64,000 bases of DNA, from the NCBI GenBank assembly GCA_013239625.1, contig MU053754.1, forward strand, positions 1,221,966-1,285,965, written 5' to 3'. The first letter of the stretch is position 1. Each line of letters opens with the position of its first letter. The notes below the pieces were generated by a model. That model worked only from the letters and a program-made list of their open reading frames with translations. It did not search any database and was not told where the DNA came from. This document shows, piece by piece, positions 49,882-63,992 of this stretch. Source of the stretch: Lama guanicoe (Eukaryota). The translations under genes and the position numbers were made by a program.

Positions 49882-51689
49882 GCAAAAGCATATTTCTTAA
49901 AGATTCTGTGCTTTTACGTGCAAATATGTCCTCCATTTTCTCCATTTTCCCTTCAATAATGTTTGCCACCCAAGCCCCTCCTATAGAGGGGATGTAGAAT
50001 TTCACTCAGATGTTGGCAGTCATATCCACAGTAGGGAGGACTAGCCAGACTTGAACTCAGGTCAACTTGGGAAGGTCAATGAGAGAAGTGATTTTTCATG
50101 TTGTCCACTACATTTCCCAGAGATAGTTGTGTTTCCACCAGGGAAAGAGTCTTTTCCCCCCTTCTGTATGAGTGACTATCAAGGAATAGTTAGCTGACTG
50201 GAACCATGTGGCAAAGCTTGACAGAAGAGAATGAAACTGTTGAAACAGCTCAATTCAGGTGGTTGCTTCAAATGTGCATTGACCTCTGATTGCTCTGAGC
50301 TCCCTATTTCACCTTTTACTAAATTGAATGCACTTTTTAAATCGCTTATAAAGATGGAGCCTACACCACGGAGCGGTGAGGGACGCAGGGGTGAATGACA
50401 AAGCATGCAAACATCCCGTCCATGCAGGGAGCAAGCTGCCGCGAGGTGAGGCGGGGTAGAGGAAGCGCAACCGCAGCCCTGGATCCGCAGAAGACAGACG
50501 GTTCTTACATGGCCTGGGACTTGGGCGTGTGCGGGCCAGAAGCCAGGCTTCAGGGAGAGGGCAGGAGAGGCGTGTTCTAGGCAAGCACCTCAAAAGCCTG
50601 GCAGCCCCACCCCGGCCCTCCTTCCCCTTTCCGTGTAATATCTCCCCAGAGAACCAGCATGAAATAAGGAAATTCCCCATATACATGAATAAGACAAAGT
50701 CATCCACTTGGAAGCCACACAAACCTGTGGCAATAAAATAAAACAAATTAACACAGTAGATAGACTCAATTAAATCTGGATGGATTTCCTGAGGAAAGGG
50801 CCACGGAAGAAGAGCAAGGAGTGCGAGAAAAGCCAGAACACAAGTGGAGATGAAAAACGGGCACTCAGAGGCTTGGAAAGAAGTGAACGAGAAATAAAAA
50901 AATCACCGCAGAAATAAACACCATACATGAGACAGTAGCTAGGTCGCACTAAGAAACAGTCAGGGCATGACGGGAAAGACTGTGAAAGTTTATCACCTTC
51001 TCTTATTTGACGGTAGACTCTGTTCTTTTTATTTTGTCTTTGCTCCCTTACCTGATCAGCGACAGCGCTGCCTGGCCTGGGAGTCCAACACCACCGTGGG
51101 GGTCCCACTTGCAGGTCAGGGACGTGGGGGCAAGGCGGGTGTGGTCTATACATTCGCTGTGGTCAAATGGACTGTCATGGCTCCTCAAGGACCTGAGTGA
51201 CCAGCACCCAGGCCTCTCCCAGAGAAGCAGCTAAAGGCAGAGAAAGAAAGGTCTAGAGGTTCCTGAGAGCCTCGGCCCAAGGGAAACGTGTAGTGGCTAA
51301 ACCTGCTCCGAGGGTCTTGTGTGGACTCATTAGTCCAACCTGCGTGCCCGCCTTGCTGGGCGGGGGGAGCTCTAAACAGTGAGGAAGGACCCGGCCCACG
51401 CTTAGACAAGGCACAGGGTCTCGGAGTTGTCTTCGGGGCAGACGCTCGTGAAGAGACATTCCAGACGATGACAAAGACACAAATCCATGGCACTGAGAAC
51501 TTCCACTTTAGAGATTATCAACAGATGGGTAATTTTGGAAAAAAGTGGGAAAAACCAAGCAGTGAAACACCTCAGAAATACACCTTCCCTGGGAAAAATA
51601 TTCCAGGAGTAGAGCAAATCTGGAATTAGCTTCCATTTAGAATGTGTTCCAGTTTGTATTGATATTTAATTACTATTTTATTGTTATTA

Positions 51690-51935
51690 TTAAACTATTA
51701 TTATTACTACTATTATAACAATAACACTCACATAGCGTTTGTTATGTGCCAGCTACCTTTCTAAGCATTTTTACATGTATCAGAGCTCCTGTAATCCCCA
51801 AAATTAACGCTATGAGTTGGGACTACTGTTATCTGCCATGCAAATGAGGAAAAGTGGGGGAGAGAGAGATTAGAAATTGTCCCCAAGGTCACACATCTGT
51901 GATGGAGGGACAGGAGCTCCTGTTTCTCCAGATCC
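51690..51935 (-). mobile_element. MIR with an adjacent (TAT)n tract
   Basis: aacactcacatagcgtttgttatgtgccag...atgcaaatgaggaaa...ccaaggtcacac. Confidence 0.85.
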
Positions 51936-52849
51936 AAATAATGGGAGAAACACATTTTCAATGGACTGTCTGTGGAAAAGGCTCCATTTGCCAATCACAC
52001 CGTCTAAGATACAGATAATCCACACTGGGAAAGACAAAAGAGACTTCGTTAATATTAACAACCATCCATTACCACCCAGACCTGATTCAACATCAGAAAT
52101 TTCATACTGGGAGGGAAAAACAGAACAAAGCAAAAAAACATGTTGAGATGTGAATGCCTTGTAGACAGGACATAATTTTTTCCCACCACAAAAGAAGACT
52201 TTTCCTGGAAGCAAGACGTAGCATGCAATGCAAAGTAGCTCATAAGGGTATTAGAGAAATAATAATGGAAAGAAAATGCAACAAATATGTTAGCAGGAAA
52301 TAGCATTATGGTGTGAGTCCGTCAACAAATCTCCTTGGCTTTGAGTTTATTTCTCACTCGAGTCCAGCTACTCTGGAGGCCCTGTCATTCCTCAAACACA
52401 GGAAGCACAGCCCTGCTGGATGGCGTGGCCCACCCATCCCCTCTCCCCCAAATCCTGCAGGTACCTGGGGGTACAAGCTCTTTCAAGTCTGCTTAAATGT
52501 TAACAAGGCCAATCAAGATTGACTCGTGGTTTTTGTTTGAACAATTGGAGAAAGAAATGTTCACTAACTGCGGTGATGGGAATAAAAGATCAGCATGCAC
52601 TGGGAGAGGTGTTAAGGCCGCTCTGTGTTTACAGTACATGGGAGAACCAGAGAGAAGGAGAGAAACAGGGTGCAGCACGGCCTTTCAAAGCAGAAATCAC
52701 AGAGGAGAGATGTTTTTGCTCCACTTTGCTCTCCTTCCTCTCAGCTGCATTTAGCTCACCCATCTTTGTCACCCATAATCAGGCATCACGGGTTCAAAGG
52801 CTTATGGCAGCGCAGAGTGTAAAGAAACACCGGGGCAGAAATGCAGACC

Positions 52850-53030
52850 TCACTGCAGCGGGTCATTTGCTTAGTGTCAGCAAGGTGATACAGACTGCAT
52901 ATGCAAGACCAGTATGACCAGATTTTCCAGTTTTTCAAGAAAAGCTGAAAACTTTGGATTTTGTAGCATGAAATATTCTTATTTTTAAAGCTTGGAAAGC
53001 TATTCAAAAATTTTTAAACATTGCAATCTG
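52850..53030. mobile_element. hAT-Charlie fragment (MER102/MER103-like)
   Basis: ccagattttccagtttttcaagaaaagctgaaactttggattttg...atttttaaagcttgg. Confidence 0.55.
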
Positions 53031-53379
53031 AAGAAAAGATTGTCTTAAGGTTACATCCTTATATTCGAGTGAAGAACCAATTTAAAGTTTAGCTATATTA
53101 TTGCCATCATGATTTGCTGAAATTTAAGACTTAAATAATGAACTTCATTCTAAAACAACAATTCATACTATATGAAAATGTGTGGTCTTGTTGTCATGTT
53201 TGTTTTTGTTTTTGTTTTTAAGTGCTCCCCATGCTAGGCTGACAGGAGTAATGTCTTTGTTGCTAAGAGAGGTTTATTTGATTTGTGACGGTCAGTCAGG
53301 ATGGTTATGTTTTTGGTTTATTTTTAAGGTATCATCCTAACTTTAAAATTATTCTCCACTTGGGTAATCTATCTTTTCT

Positions 53380-55215
53380 GGTGAGGATGAGAGAGAAGAA
53401 AAAAAAATCCTATGATTATCCAAGGACTCACTCCAACCACGCATCTTCTCTAAAGAAAAGAAAGTCAAGCAAAAACCTGTAATGGAAGGAATGCAGACAT
53501 GATAACAGGAAGTGGAGGAATGAGTAAGACGCAAGGGTGCACAATTACACCAGCAAAGTTTACAACTCAAGTTAATGATTAATAGGGACACAGTTGGGAA
53601 GTATAATAAATGCTGTTGAAGAGGTCTTAAAATACAAGAAGCGTAATATGAAATTCCAAATGACTATGGTGGCACATGTGAAGTGACTTGTGGGGAGAAT
53701 CAAAGACAGAGAAGATGTTTTCCTGTTTCTGTGGCAGGAAGGCAGAACAATGAGGTGACCCCGGACATTAACAGAAGAACACGGGGAGAGAGGCCGTAAC
53801 AGTGGAAGGGAGGGTGGCAGCACGGGAAGGTACCAGTGTAAACAAGGCTGCACAGGATGGCTGACATTGAAATACACAGGAATCTGAGCACAACAGTAGT
53901 TTTAATACTAACATTGACACTATTTAACTAACTCATTAAACTATTAACTTACTAATTAGTAATCAAAATTACTAATAGTACTATCTGCCCATTAACAAAA
54001 ATTAATATTAACATTGCTGAAGTACTAGCCAAGAATAAACAGAAAGTGTTTGGTCGCGCCAGACATTTCATCCGGGGAAGGGAAAGAACAGACCTAATAA
54101 ATAGAGGAATAAATTTAAAGGTGAGCTGTGAGTTTATTCTATGAAACTCCACTTTTCAAATATGATGATTAAACTAATTAAATCGGGACACAATATAGCA
54201 AGATAAATTTTTTAAAATTTTTGTAACATCTGCATTAATATGGATACAAAATTTGAATCAAGCTGGCACACATGTAAAACAAGGAAAAAAGCAATCATAC
54301 TTATTAACACAAGCAAAATACCAGCAGAAATCAGAAGCGATTTTATTAACTAAAGCATTATCCCCAAGAAAGCAGTAACTTAAGGAGAGCGACTGAGTCA
54401 GTAACCATTTTTTATAAAAGGTCATTTTTTTAATGGGGATTTGATAAGGCATTGGATGAAATTCAAGGTCTTTACCCAACGAAAACTCTCTTTAAAAGAG
54501 AAATATATATGTTCATCCCTAAGATGTCAAAAATATGTATGTCTGTGTATCTCAAAACAAAAGTCAGTACCCTGCTTAATGAGGAAACATGGAGAAAAAT
54601 ACATGTTACACACAAAAGAAAAGAGACTAGTTCCCTTAATATATAAAGATTCCAAATCAATTTTAAAAAGTCAACAACTCAATTAAAGGAAATGACCAAA
54701 AGATATGAATAGGCAGATCACATAAAAGAAATTACAATGACTGATAATCATAAAATGATAGCCTAATTCTGATTCAGGAAATGCCCCTTAAAAAGAGAAC
54801 TTTATTTTCCCAAGTCCAGATTGGCAAATGTTAACGTGTAAAGCTGAGCACACAGTAGGCTAGTTTTCTGAGACAGACAGGAGGGGAGGGGAGCAAACAT
54901 CACCATGCTCCATCTCCTGTCACCACTGAGGGGACACATGTCCCCCCGCCCGTTACACAACCGGGACACTCACATATGGAGGCTGTGCAAAGGAGGGTGG
55001 GCACAGCCCACCCCGCCTGCACGCACACACAGACAGTCCTGCCTGTCCATACAGTTGTGATTTCAGAAGGACCTCGCAAGGCTGCTAACAGCTTCTGGGG
55101 AGCGTGGCTCTAGATTTCCGTGGAATGCCTTGTTTTGCTATTTTACTGTTTTAAGCATGTATGTGTGTGTGTTTTCCATAAAACATGAAAAATAAAAATG
55201 AAGTTAAAAAAGCAG
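53380..55215 (+). mobile_element. Highly degenerate old L1M fragments
   Basis: A-rich ORF2 and 3' text (aaatgaccaaaagatatgaataggcagatcaca...cagattggcaaa). Confidence 0.6.
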
Positions 55216-56499
55216 AAAATAAACATTTCTAAAGAGGAGGAGGGAAGGGGGAGCTAGAGGGTATCACGAGTCATTTCGTTCTGTTTCTGGTGTGGACCCC
55301 CCCCCCCACCGAGGAGTTCACTGGAGTAACAAGCTCTTATAAAGACCTGAGAGTCTTTTCAATTCTACACCAACGCCACCTTCACCAGAACTGTCTGGTG
55401 CCACCTGAAGGGCTCCTGCTCAGTGCCTACCTCTGACAAACACCACCTGACACCGGCGGACGCCCACTCACAGCACCGTCAACAGCCAGGATGGCAGACT
55501 CAAGCACACACACCCAACCGCCACCCCACGGAAACATCCTGCTCCAGCTATGGACAAGGCCTTTTTCTGCCTTCTGATGGCCCCTGTAAAGGAGCCAACA
55601 ACACTTTATGAGGTGAGTCTCTCATTAAATGGGACACCCACCAATCTCAAGGACCACTCTCATGGAAAAAAGCCCCTACACTTCCGACGAATTGGGTTTT
55701 GCTCCACATGGCAAATACTCTTGGTCAGAACAGACAAATCCTAAACAGAAAACTCAGGCAAATCATCCAGTGAACCATGTACTCTCCAGGAATGTCTGTT
55801 TGCTTCTCTGCTCACTGCTGACGGAATGAGGAGAGATTGGGTAACACAACTTTGAAAACAGAAATGGGTGAAGGGTCTGCTCACAGCCCACCCATGTGGC
55901 TGTCATCACTGTCCCCACCAGCCTGTCCGAATGGGACCATCACATCCGGGTTACCCGAAGGCACTGTTTGGTTTGGTTTGGTCTGGTTTCTGAGTGATCA
56001 TTTACGTTACCTCATTTACTACTGCCACTGTGCTAAATGCAGTTTGCTTTCACCTGAATGATTTAAAGCAAAAGAGGGGAAAACAAACAAGTTTCCCCTT
56101 GGTGTGACATGATGCCTTCCACCTTAGCCCTCTGGGGCTCTGCTTCCTTTCACTGCCAAGTGAGGGGTTCGGGGAAGGATTGCTACTCCCTTCCTGCAAG
56201 TTCCAGTCATCTGAGATGTGACGTGCTGTGGTTACACCTTGGGCTAAGGCTGCAGCAGCCTGTGAGGCAAAGCTGTGCAACAGGGCCTGCCGCCTTGGGT
56301 TTTTTTCCCCTTATGGTGTGGAATCAGAGGACTCCAGACAGCACTATCTGATAACCCAGCTGGCTCCGGTCCTGCCATGACTAACGGATGTGTGTGGTGA
56401 TGGTGCCAAGACACTGCATAGGTGAGGCATCCTTCAGACCAGGAAGCACATCAAAAGGGGAGTCCGTGGGATTAGACTGCCTGGTTTGGTTTTGTTTCA

Positions 56500-56978
56500 C
56501 TTTGTTTTATTGTTTCTTTATTTTACTGAAGTACAGTTGACTTGAAACGTTGTGTTAGTTTCAGGTGTACAGCATAGTGATTCAGTTATACATATAAATA
56601 CACATTTTTAAATATTCTTTTCCATTATAGGCTATTGCAAGATATGGAATACAGTTCCCTGTGCTATACAGTATGTCCTCATTGTTGATCTATTTTATAT
56701 ATAGTAGTGTGTATCTGCTAATCCCAGACTCCTGGTTTATCCTTCCCCCCAGTCTTTCCTCCCTGGTAATCATAAGTTTGTTTTCTACATCTGTGAGTCT
56801 CTTTCTGTTTTTTAAAATAAGTTCATTCGTGTCATATTTTAGATTCCACATACAAGTGATATCATATGATATTTGTCTTTCTCTTTCTGCTTAATTCACT
56901 TATTATGATAATGTCTAAGTCCATCCATGTTGCTGTAAATGGTATTGCTTCACTCTTTTTATGCTGAGTAGTATTCCA

Positions 56979-57010
<32 letters not shown>

Positions 57011-57190
57011 ATATATATACCGCATCTTCCTCATCCAGTCATCTGTCAATGGACATTTAGGTTGCTTCCATGTCGTGGCTATTGTAAAAAATGCTGCTAT
57101 GGACATTGGGGTGCACATATCTTTTCAAATTAGAATTTCCTCTAGATATATGCCCAGGAGTGGGATTGCTAGATCATAGGGTAACTATAT
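56500..57190 (-). mobile_element. Young L1 3' fragment with internal (TG)n
   Basis: tttactgaagtacagttga...caggtgtacagcatagtgattcagttata...tatgcccaggagtgggattgctagatcat. Confidence 0.92.
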
Positions 57191-57224
57191 TTATCAACTA
57201 TATTTATCAACTATATTTATCAAC
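57183..57224 (+). repeat. 13-bp unit x3 (aactatatttatc) at the L1 5'-truncation junction
   Basis: Units at 57183-57195, 57196-57208 and 57209-57221, followed by aac. Confidence 0.9.
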
Positions 57225-58886
57225 CTGTTGAAGGCAGTGTTTTAAATCACTTCCTTCCTCCCAAACAATGTAAATATCACCAGGTATAAAGTTAGCCCTA
57301 GAATTAAAGCCCCATTCGACAGCCCAGGGCAGGATTATGGGAAATCCACACTACTGTTCTTGGATTCGAAATGACTTCAGCGTGAGTTACAATGACAATT
57401 TAGAAGCCCCAGATTCTACCTCCTACTACTTGACTTAAAGATAATGAGACATAACTACTTAATCTTTCCTTCCAAGGTGCCCTCCAACACATGATAGCAC
57501 TTAGCATCAGAGCCTCTTCCTTGTCCAAATTACTCCCCAGTAAGTGTCAGTTTCTCCTTCTAAACTTACAAGAGTGCTTTCTTCGTGTTATCAAAGCAGC
57601 TTCCCTTGTAGGGCGAGCTCTCCCAGCTGAGCAGCTGATCATTTCAGAGCAGTTCTAACTGTGAGTCTATGGAGAAATTGTCCTCATTGGAATAGAAACA
57701 AAAGGAGAGTCTTGTCAGGACTTTCCCGCTATGTTTTATTCTGCTTACATTTACATAAAACCCAGTGTATAATGTGGGTAGCAAGATTCTCAAATGATTT
57801 TGAACATTCCTGACATAAGGTTAAGACAAAACATTTCTACTGAAAATTCAAACACTGAATACCAATCGGTGGGAATGCTCATGTGCAAATCTGACCTCTA
57901 AAAAGATCTTTGGTTCTGGACATCAGTGCTTATATTATATATAAGGTTTTTAATCAACCAAAACTCTCCAATTCTCCTGCTACAAGAACACATTTAAATA
58001 AACTGAAAACAATGTGTCTAAAATGTGACAGAAGTCTATTTCCTGCTACAAATAAATACATCTTTGAATTTATAGACACTCCTTTCACTGGCTAACTCCC
58101 CTATGTTAATTGAAATTATTTTTCAAATTAGATATAAGTGTAAGTGGTGTTGTTGTCCCTCCCTCAACTGGAAATATTTCATCTCCAAGGACACAAACAA
58201 AATAGCCAAGAGGTAAAATAAAGAAAGATTGCTGACTAGCTTCTATAAGGAAAAATCAACGTGTAAATCCATGTTACAAGGCAATGATTTGGCCCTAATT
58301 AATGTTAATGGTTATATAAGCAATTACATCATATTGTTAAGGACAGGATATTTCTTGCAGGCCAAGAATGAGCGGGCTTATAGAACGACTGGTGATTTTG
58401 CCATTTGGTCATCACCTTGGAGAACTGGAGAGAGCTGTCCTCAAATAAAATACGAGAGCGCAGCAAGAACATGGAGTCATCAGAAAAGTCTGGCAAGATC
58501 TACTTATTTGTCATTTCATTGGGCTCAACCCTTTCTCCACAAGTGCCTAATAACAAGGACCCCTTTACAAATAGAGAGCATCGTATTTTCCAGCAGTGAG
58601 TGTGAGGGTGGGGGCGTGGATTGAGTGGTACCCACCCTGAGAGGTGGAATATTTTACCATTGACATCGTGTAGAAGTACATGGTGTTAATAAACAGAAGT
58701 CAGATGTTTAGTCTGTGTCATCACTGCATTTAGTGCTCTGGAACTCCTGCCCATGGTGTTCAAGGCTGTCCATAACCTTCCCTGCTACAGACATTGCTTT
58801 GGTCTGGCACCTTGTAGGGACCACTCCCATTGCTAACCACCCCAGACACCATCATCCCACGGTCCTATGTCTTTGAGATGTGGTAG

Positions 58887-59045
58887 ATTTTTTCTTAAGG
58901 TGAGCACACTGAGCCTCAGAGCCACTAAATGACTTACTCAAGGATGCTAATGAGCTCACTACTGGTATTTTTTCTTAAGGTGAGCACACTGAGCCTCAGA
59001 GCCACTAAATGACTTACTCAAGGATGCTAATGAGCTCACACTGGG
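58887..59045 (+). repeat. 80-bp-period tandem duplication within a MIR remnant
   Basis: 73 identical bp (58887-58959 = 58967-59039) separated by tactggt. Confidence 0.95.
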
Positions 59046-60639
59046 ACGGCAGGGCAGTGTGTTAAATCAGCATCTACCTGTAACCACGCCAGACACTCTA
59101 GATTCTGAAAAAGCAATCTGATTGTCTATGATTGCTGATGTATTAACAGCAGAATATTTTCATTGCATGAAATAATATTCGCAACTCCAGCATTCTTTTC
59201 TGATAAAACCAAAGCCCTTTTGCTCTGTGGCCTTGAGGGCCCAACTGAAGCCTTGAGAAGAGGGTCTCAGTTGGTTCCTGGGGAACAGGGGATCCAGAGA
59301 CCACCCAGGGAATGCTGAGAGACCACACATCAGGATTCTGGGCAGTCAGTAAGTCCAAGGAGGGCTTAAGAGATACGGCAACCGAAGGGAGGCTGACCAT
59401 GGTGGGCAGCATACCCAGTGCTGGCTTCATTTATAATTTTGACTCATTTCAGTCCTATACTGGGAGGTAATTCTATTTCCAAAGACAGTGGGTCTTTATT
59501 CTCTCAGTTGAGTACTCTCTTCTGGGCATCTCCAAAGTCTCTTTGTAAAATGTGCTAACATTTCACTGCCTTTGATTTCTATGGCCAGAGTCGACCTCTC
59601 CATGCAAAGGAAAGGGAAAAATAACTTTCATGTCCAAGTTTAATGCTCATGTGTTTGATCTCATAATGACTGCCCCTTGAAAATACGAGTTTAACCTTAG
59701 GACACTGGCAAGGCCTCACATTATTAACACATGGGTTTCTCCCTAGGATTGTGAAGGAGTTCTGAGAAGCCGGAGAGAGCATGGACTTTCTCCAGGCCTT
59801 GGCCTTTTTTTCATGTCTCCACCTTTCGTTGGGACAGTGCGGACAGAAGCGCTCTTTCTGCCCAGCTTTCTGTACTCCCTGCTGCAGCTGTCCCCGCCTA
59901 AGCTAAGACAGAAGGTGCTGTGCTTTGCAGTTGAGCCAGCTGTTCAAACCGGAAGTGCATTTTCCAGGAAAGAAAGGGAGGCCACGCTCTTGGTCAACAT
60001 GCAGGATGCGTTTCCCAGCTCAAGGAGATCTTTGCAAGTCGTTCTGTTCTCTGAGGAGGGGCACAGATGTGAAAAGGAATGAGGCTGGTGTCTTTTCTGC
60101 TTCTCAGGAATTGCAGCTCTTTGGAGAGAGAAACAAATTCCCTGTAGGCTCTACATGAAGCTGCCGATGCTCTCCCGGGAAGCCCCCCAGGACACATCTG
60201 TGGAAGGTCAACCTCGCCAGGGCCTTGCAGCTCTGCCCAACTCTGTCCCGTGGAGATGTTTCTCCTGTGTCGCCTGAACCCAGTTTCTGTCACCAGATTT
60301 TTCAAGTGAACTGAATGTTGAACAACCGAGATTCTGACCTTTTTGTTTTCGTTTCATTTTGGAACACTCAGATGTGGCACACGATCATGATCTGCCTGCC
60401 TCAGGGAGCTTACTCAGAGACGAGGGGCTGGACACAAATACACGTGCGTGTTTACCCCCAAGTACATGCACCTGTTCTCGCTTGTCCACAGCCCTCTCCC
60501 CACAGAAGCACCTTCCGAGTCTACGTTAGCAGCGCGTGAGCGTGTGAAGCACCTATCACCGCTGTCAGCTACAGATGTATGTCTACAGGGTGTATTCTGT
60601 ATGTGTCTGGTGTCATTGTCCGGTGGGCACGGTTGTTTC

Positions 60640-63600
60640 CTGTGATAAATTGCACTTTGTTCCTCACCTGTTCTCACTCAACGCTGTACTGTACGGGTCT
60701 CTCTGAGGTGCCGCGGACACACACACAGCGTGGCTTCTGACCACCGGGGGACGCCCCTACGTTACGCACCTGCTACACCCGACATACAGCCCCACCTCCA
60801 GAGGCGCCTGCAGCTCCGGGCCAGCCCACACACCAGGACAAACCCTAGTGTACGTGTCCCAGCAGCCCCGCTGTGAGAATTTATTAGTGTTGTTACTCAC
60901 AGTACAAATTTGGGTGTTTTGATACCTCTTGTGATTAAACACTACATATTTTTATATTGTTTCCATATGGGTCTTTCTGTGATATCTCACTTGTCTATGT
61001 TTTTGTCCTTCTATCAAAACTGCTTTGTTTTTACCACAATAGCTTTTTCGTATTAAGCTCAGCTTAATATCGGGTAGGATGAGTCTTCCCTCTTTAGTAT
61101 TTTTTGTCATACTTTTGTCATTTTCGTGGAAATGTGTTCTTCAATAAAAATTTTACATTAGGTTCATGTTTCTAAAGTAAACCAACTAAAATACTGAATT
61201 TACAGATTAATTTGAAATGATGTCTCTGTAATTGTAAATATCTCTAAAATTGTATCATCTCAAGAAAGAAATCTCTTCACATTCAGATTACCTTCTGCGT
61301 CTTTCAAGAGAATTTCACATTTCTCTCCATACCCTTTGTGCATAAAGGTACTTGATCATTTTTATTGCTATTGTGAGTGGTTTCTTATGTTTGATTACAT
61401 ACTCAAGCTGCTGGTGTACAGAACTGCTTCCATTTTTTCTAAGTTTATCTCATTTCCAGCAACCCTGTTGAACTCTAATTATAATGCTCTATTCTGTTGT
61501 TTTCATATGTAGATAATTGCTTCATCTGCAAATGATGTAATACACGAAGCCTTGTTCCATCCAACTGGGAAAGTAAAAGAGACGAGAAGTTTCAAGATCG
61601 GACTATTTTGGTCCATGCTCTGTGACTTTGCAAAAATAGTATCTATTGTTTGTTGGTGTAGAGTTCTATCTGTAATATCTCGAGCTTACTGGTTATATCA
61701 TTCAGAGCTTTATAATGGTGCTTTCTTTGCCAGTTTAATCAAGCCATTTCTTAGAAGAATCACAAACTACAACAGTTGGTAGATCTATTTCTCCCTAAGA
61801 TATGCCAGGAATGACTTAGTATTCTTAGAGCATTGTTCCTTATACAATGTAGTATACCTCTTTGTCCGTTATGATATGTTTTGAAGCCTGTTTTGTCTTA
61901 TTTTAAGTTTGTTACCCCATCATTCATTGGTTCGTGATGGACATTCTCTTACTTTCATGTTTTCTCCATCTTTTAAGCAGGACTCTTCGGAGCAACAAAA
62001 GATGGAGTCTGATTCTGTAGCCTCCACCTTTTAACTGGTGAGAATAGAATTTCTAAATTTTTATGTTGATTTGTTTCTACGATCTTATGTCACGTGTCCA
62101 TTTGCCAAATTTTAACATAGTTTTTATTTTCCTTTTCTGCTTTCTGTTGATAGATAAATTACTTTTCCTTCTCTGGCTGATGTAAATGTAACACCTTTTA
62201 TTTTTCTTCTACTCATGATCACTCTTTATTAAGATCCATATTCACTACTGAATTCTCAAACTTATTAATAGCTAGGTCTTTCCCCAATAGGATACATGTT
62301 GAAGCAAGTTCTCCTATCTCTTTAATCTCCCCACTGTTACTCACTGTTTGGTATTGTCTAGAATTTTAGTTCCGGGTTAAAATATCGTTTGGCCTTTTCT
62401 TATCCTGGTCTTATTAGGCAACAATAAATGTACCTGACAGAGATCACCTCCCTTCTATATTTGTTACAGCCTTTTCCTGGAGTTGAGCAATTCCTCCCAG
62501 ACTATTTTCAAAGTGGATTTTTGTCCAGAAAATCTTTTGAAAATCAGCATGCCTGAAAATACTATCCCACTCTCACATTTACGCGACAATTTGGTTAGAT
62601 ACAGAGTTTTCAACGTTCAGAGTAATTCTAAAGTATTACTCTGCCTGTATTCGTCTGTTCAAGGAGTCATAACGAAATATCACAGACTGGGCGCCTTAAA
62701 CGACAGAAACTGACTTTCCTGCAGCTCTAGAAGCTAGAAGTCCCAGATCAAGGCTGCAGCCAGCTTGGTTCCTGGTGAGAGCGCCCCTCCGGGCTTGTAG
62801 GTGGCTTCCTCTGGCTGTGTCCTCACTGGCCTGTCCTTGGTGGGGATGCTCAGAGACAGAGCAAGCTCTCTGCTGTCTCCTCCTCTACGGGCATTGATGT
62901 CATCATGAGGGCTCCACTCTCATGACTGATTCCCTCTCAGATACAACCCATGGAGGGTTGGGGCTTCAAGGTAAGAAACTGAGGGGGATATAAACTTTCA
63001 GTCCAGAACACTGACGTCCCAGAGTTAGTGTCGATGTTGAAAATTACGTTGTCAGTTTGATTCTTTTGTTTTGGGAGTCTACTGGTTTCTCCTTGGATTT
63101 CTTGAATTCCCTTCCTTTTGCCATTTAAAAATTTCACTCTAATATGCACGGGTGTGTGTTTCTCTTATTTGTCATGTTGGGAACTCCCTGAGCCATTTCC
63201 ATCAAAGATCTCTGATCTTGTTACTGTTTGTTTGCTTTTTTGTGTGAATTCTCCTGATTTTTATTTTTTTATGTGTGTGTTTGTTTTTAATAATGGAGAA
63301 TTCTCTTCATTTTTTTCAAGAAGTGCGTCCTTTCTGTTTTTTTTTTTCTTTCACTTTCTGGGTCCCCTCTATTTGTTGCTAGTTATACTTCTATCCAGCA
63401 TGCTCCTGGCACTTCTAATTTTCTTTTTTGCCTCCTCTGACGTTTTATGGGAGAGTCTTGCAACTTATATTACAGCTCAACCATCTGTTCCTCAGCTGTA
63501 TTCACTCTGCAATTCAGTCCAATGCCTGTACTCTTTATTTTAACTATAATATTTTCCACACCATGTATTTCTACCTATGTGACTTATTATCATGTGCTGT

Positions 63601-63750
63601 GTATTGCTATATTCTTCCATGCTCTCACTGAGTACATTTATTATGTTTACATTCTTGGGCCATCTCTCTGTAACCTTGCTTCGTGGGTACACGGTTTTCC
63701 GCTTGCTTTCTCTTTAGAGGTTGTACTCTTTGGGTCTCTAGGTATTTCAG
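60640..63750 (-). mobile_element. Old L1M fragments interrupted by MLT1A
   Basis: T-rich L1 antisense text (tgaatttacagattaatttg, tttttattgctattgtgagtgg, tcatctgcaaatga). Confidence 0.65.
62646..63010 (-). mobile_element. MLT1A0-like MaLR solo LTR with 5-bp TSD
   Basis: tgtattcgtctg...gctagaagtcccagatcaagg...ttcagtccagaaca; flanks ctgcc / ctgac. Confidence 0.88.
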
Positions 63751-63773
63751 CGTCTGAGTGTATGTTCGTCCAG

Positions 63774-63992
63774 GACAGGGCTGTCACCTGTAGGCAATGG
63801 TGCCTCCCAGGAAACACCTGGCAATGTCAGGAGCTTTTCTGGATGTCACAACTGGGTGAGGGGGGACACTAGTGGCATCCAGTGGGTAGAGGCCAGAGAT
63901 GCTGCTAAACAGTGCAAAGAACATTTCCACCAAACCCCATAACAAACAGTTACCCATCCCGAATATCACTACTGCTGAGGCTGAGGAGCCCT
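63774..63992. mobile_element. MER20
   Basis: cacctggcaatgtcaggag...tgtcacaactggg...tagtggcatccagtgggtagaggccagagatgctgctaaaca...tgctgaggctgaggagccctg. Confidence 0.9.
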
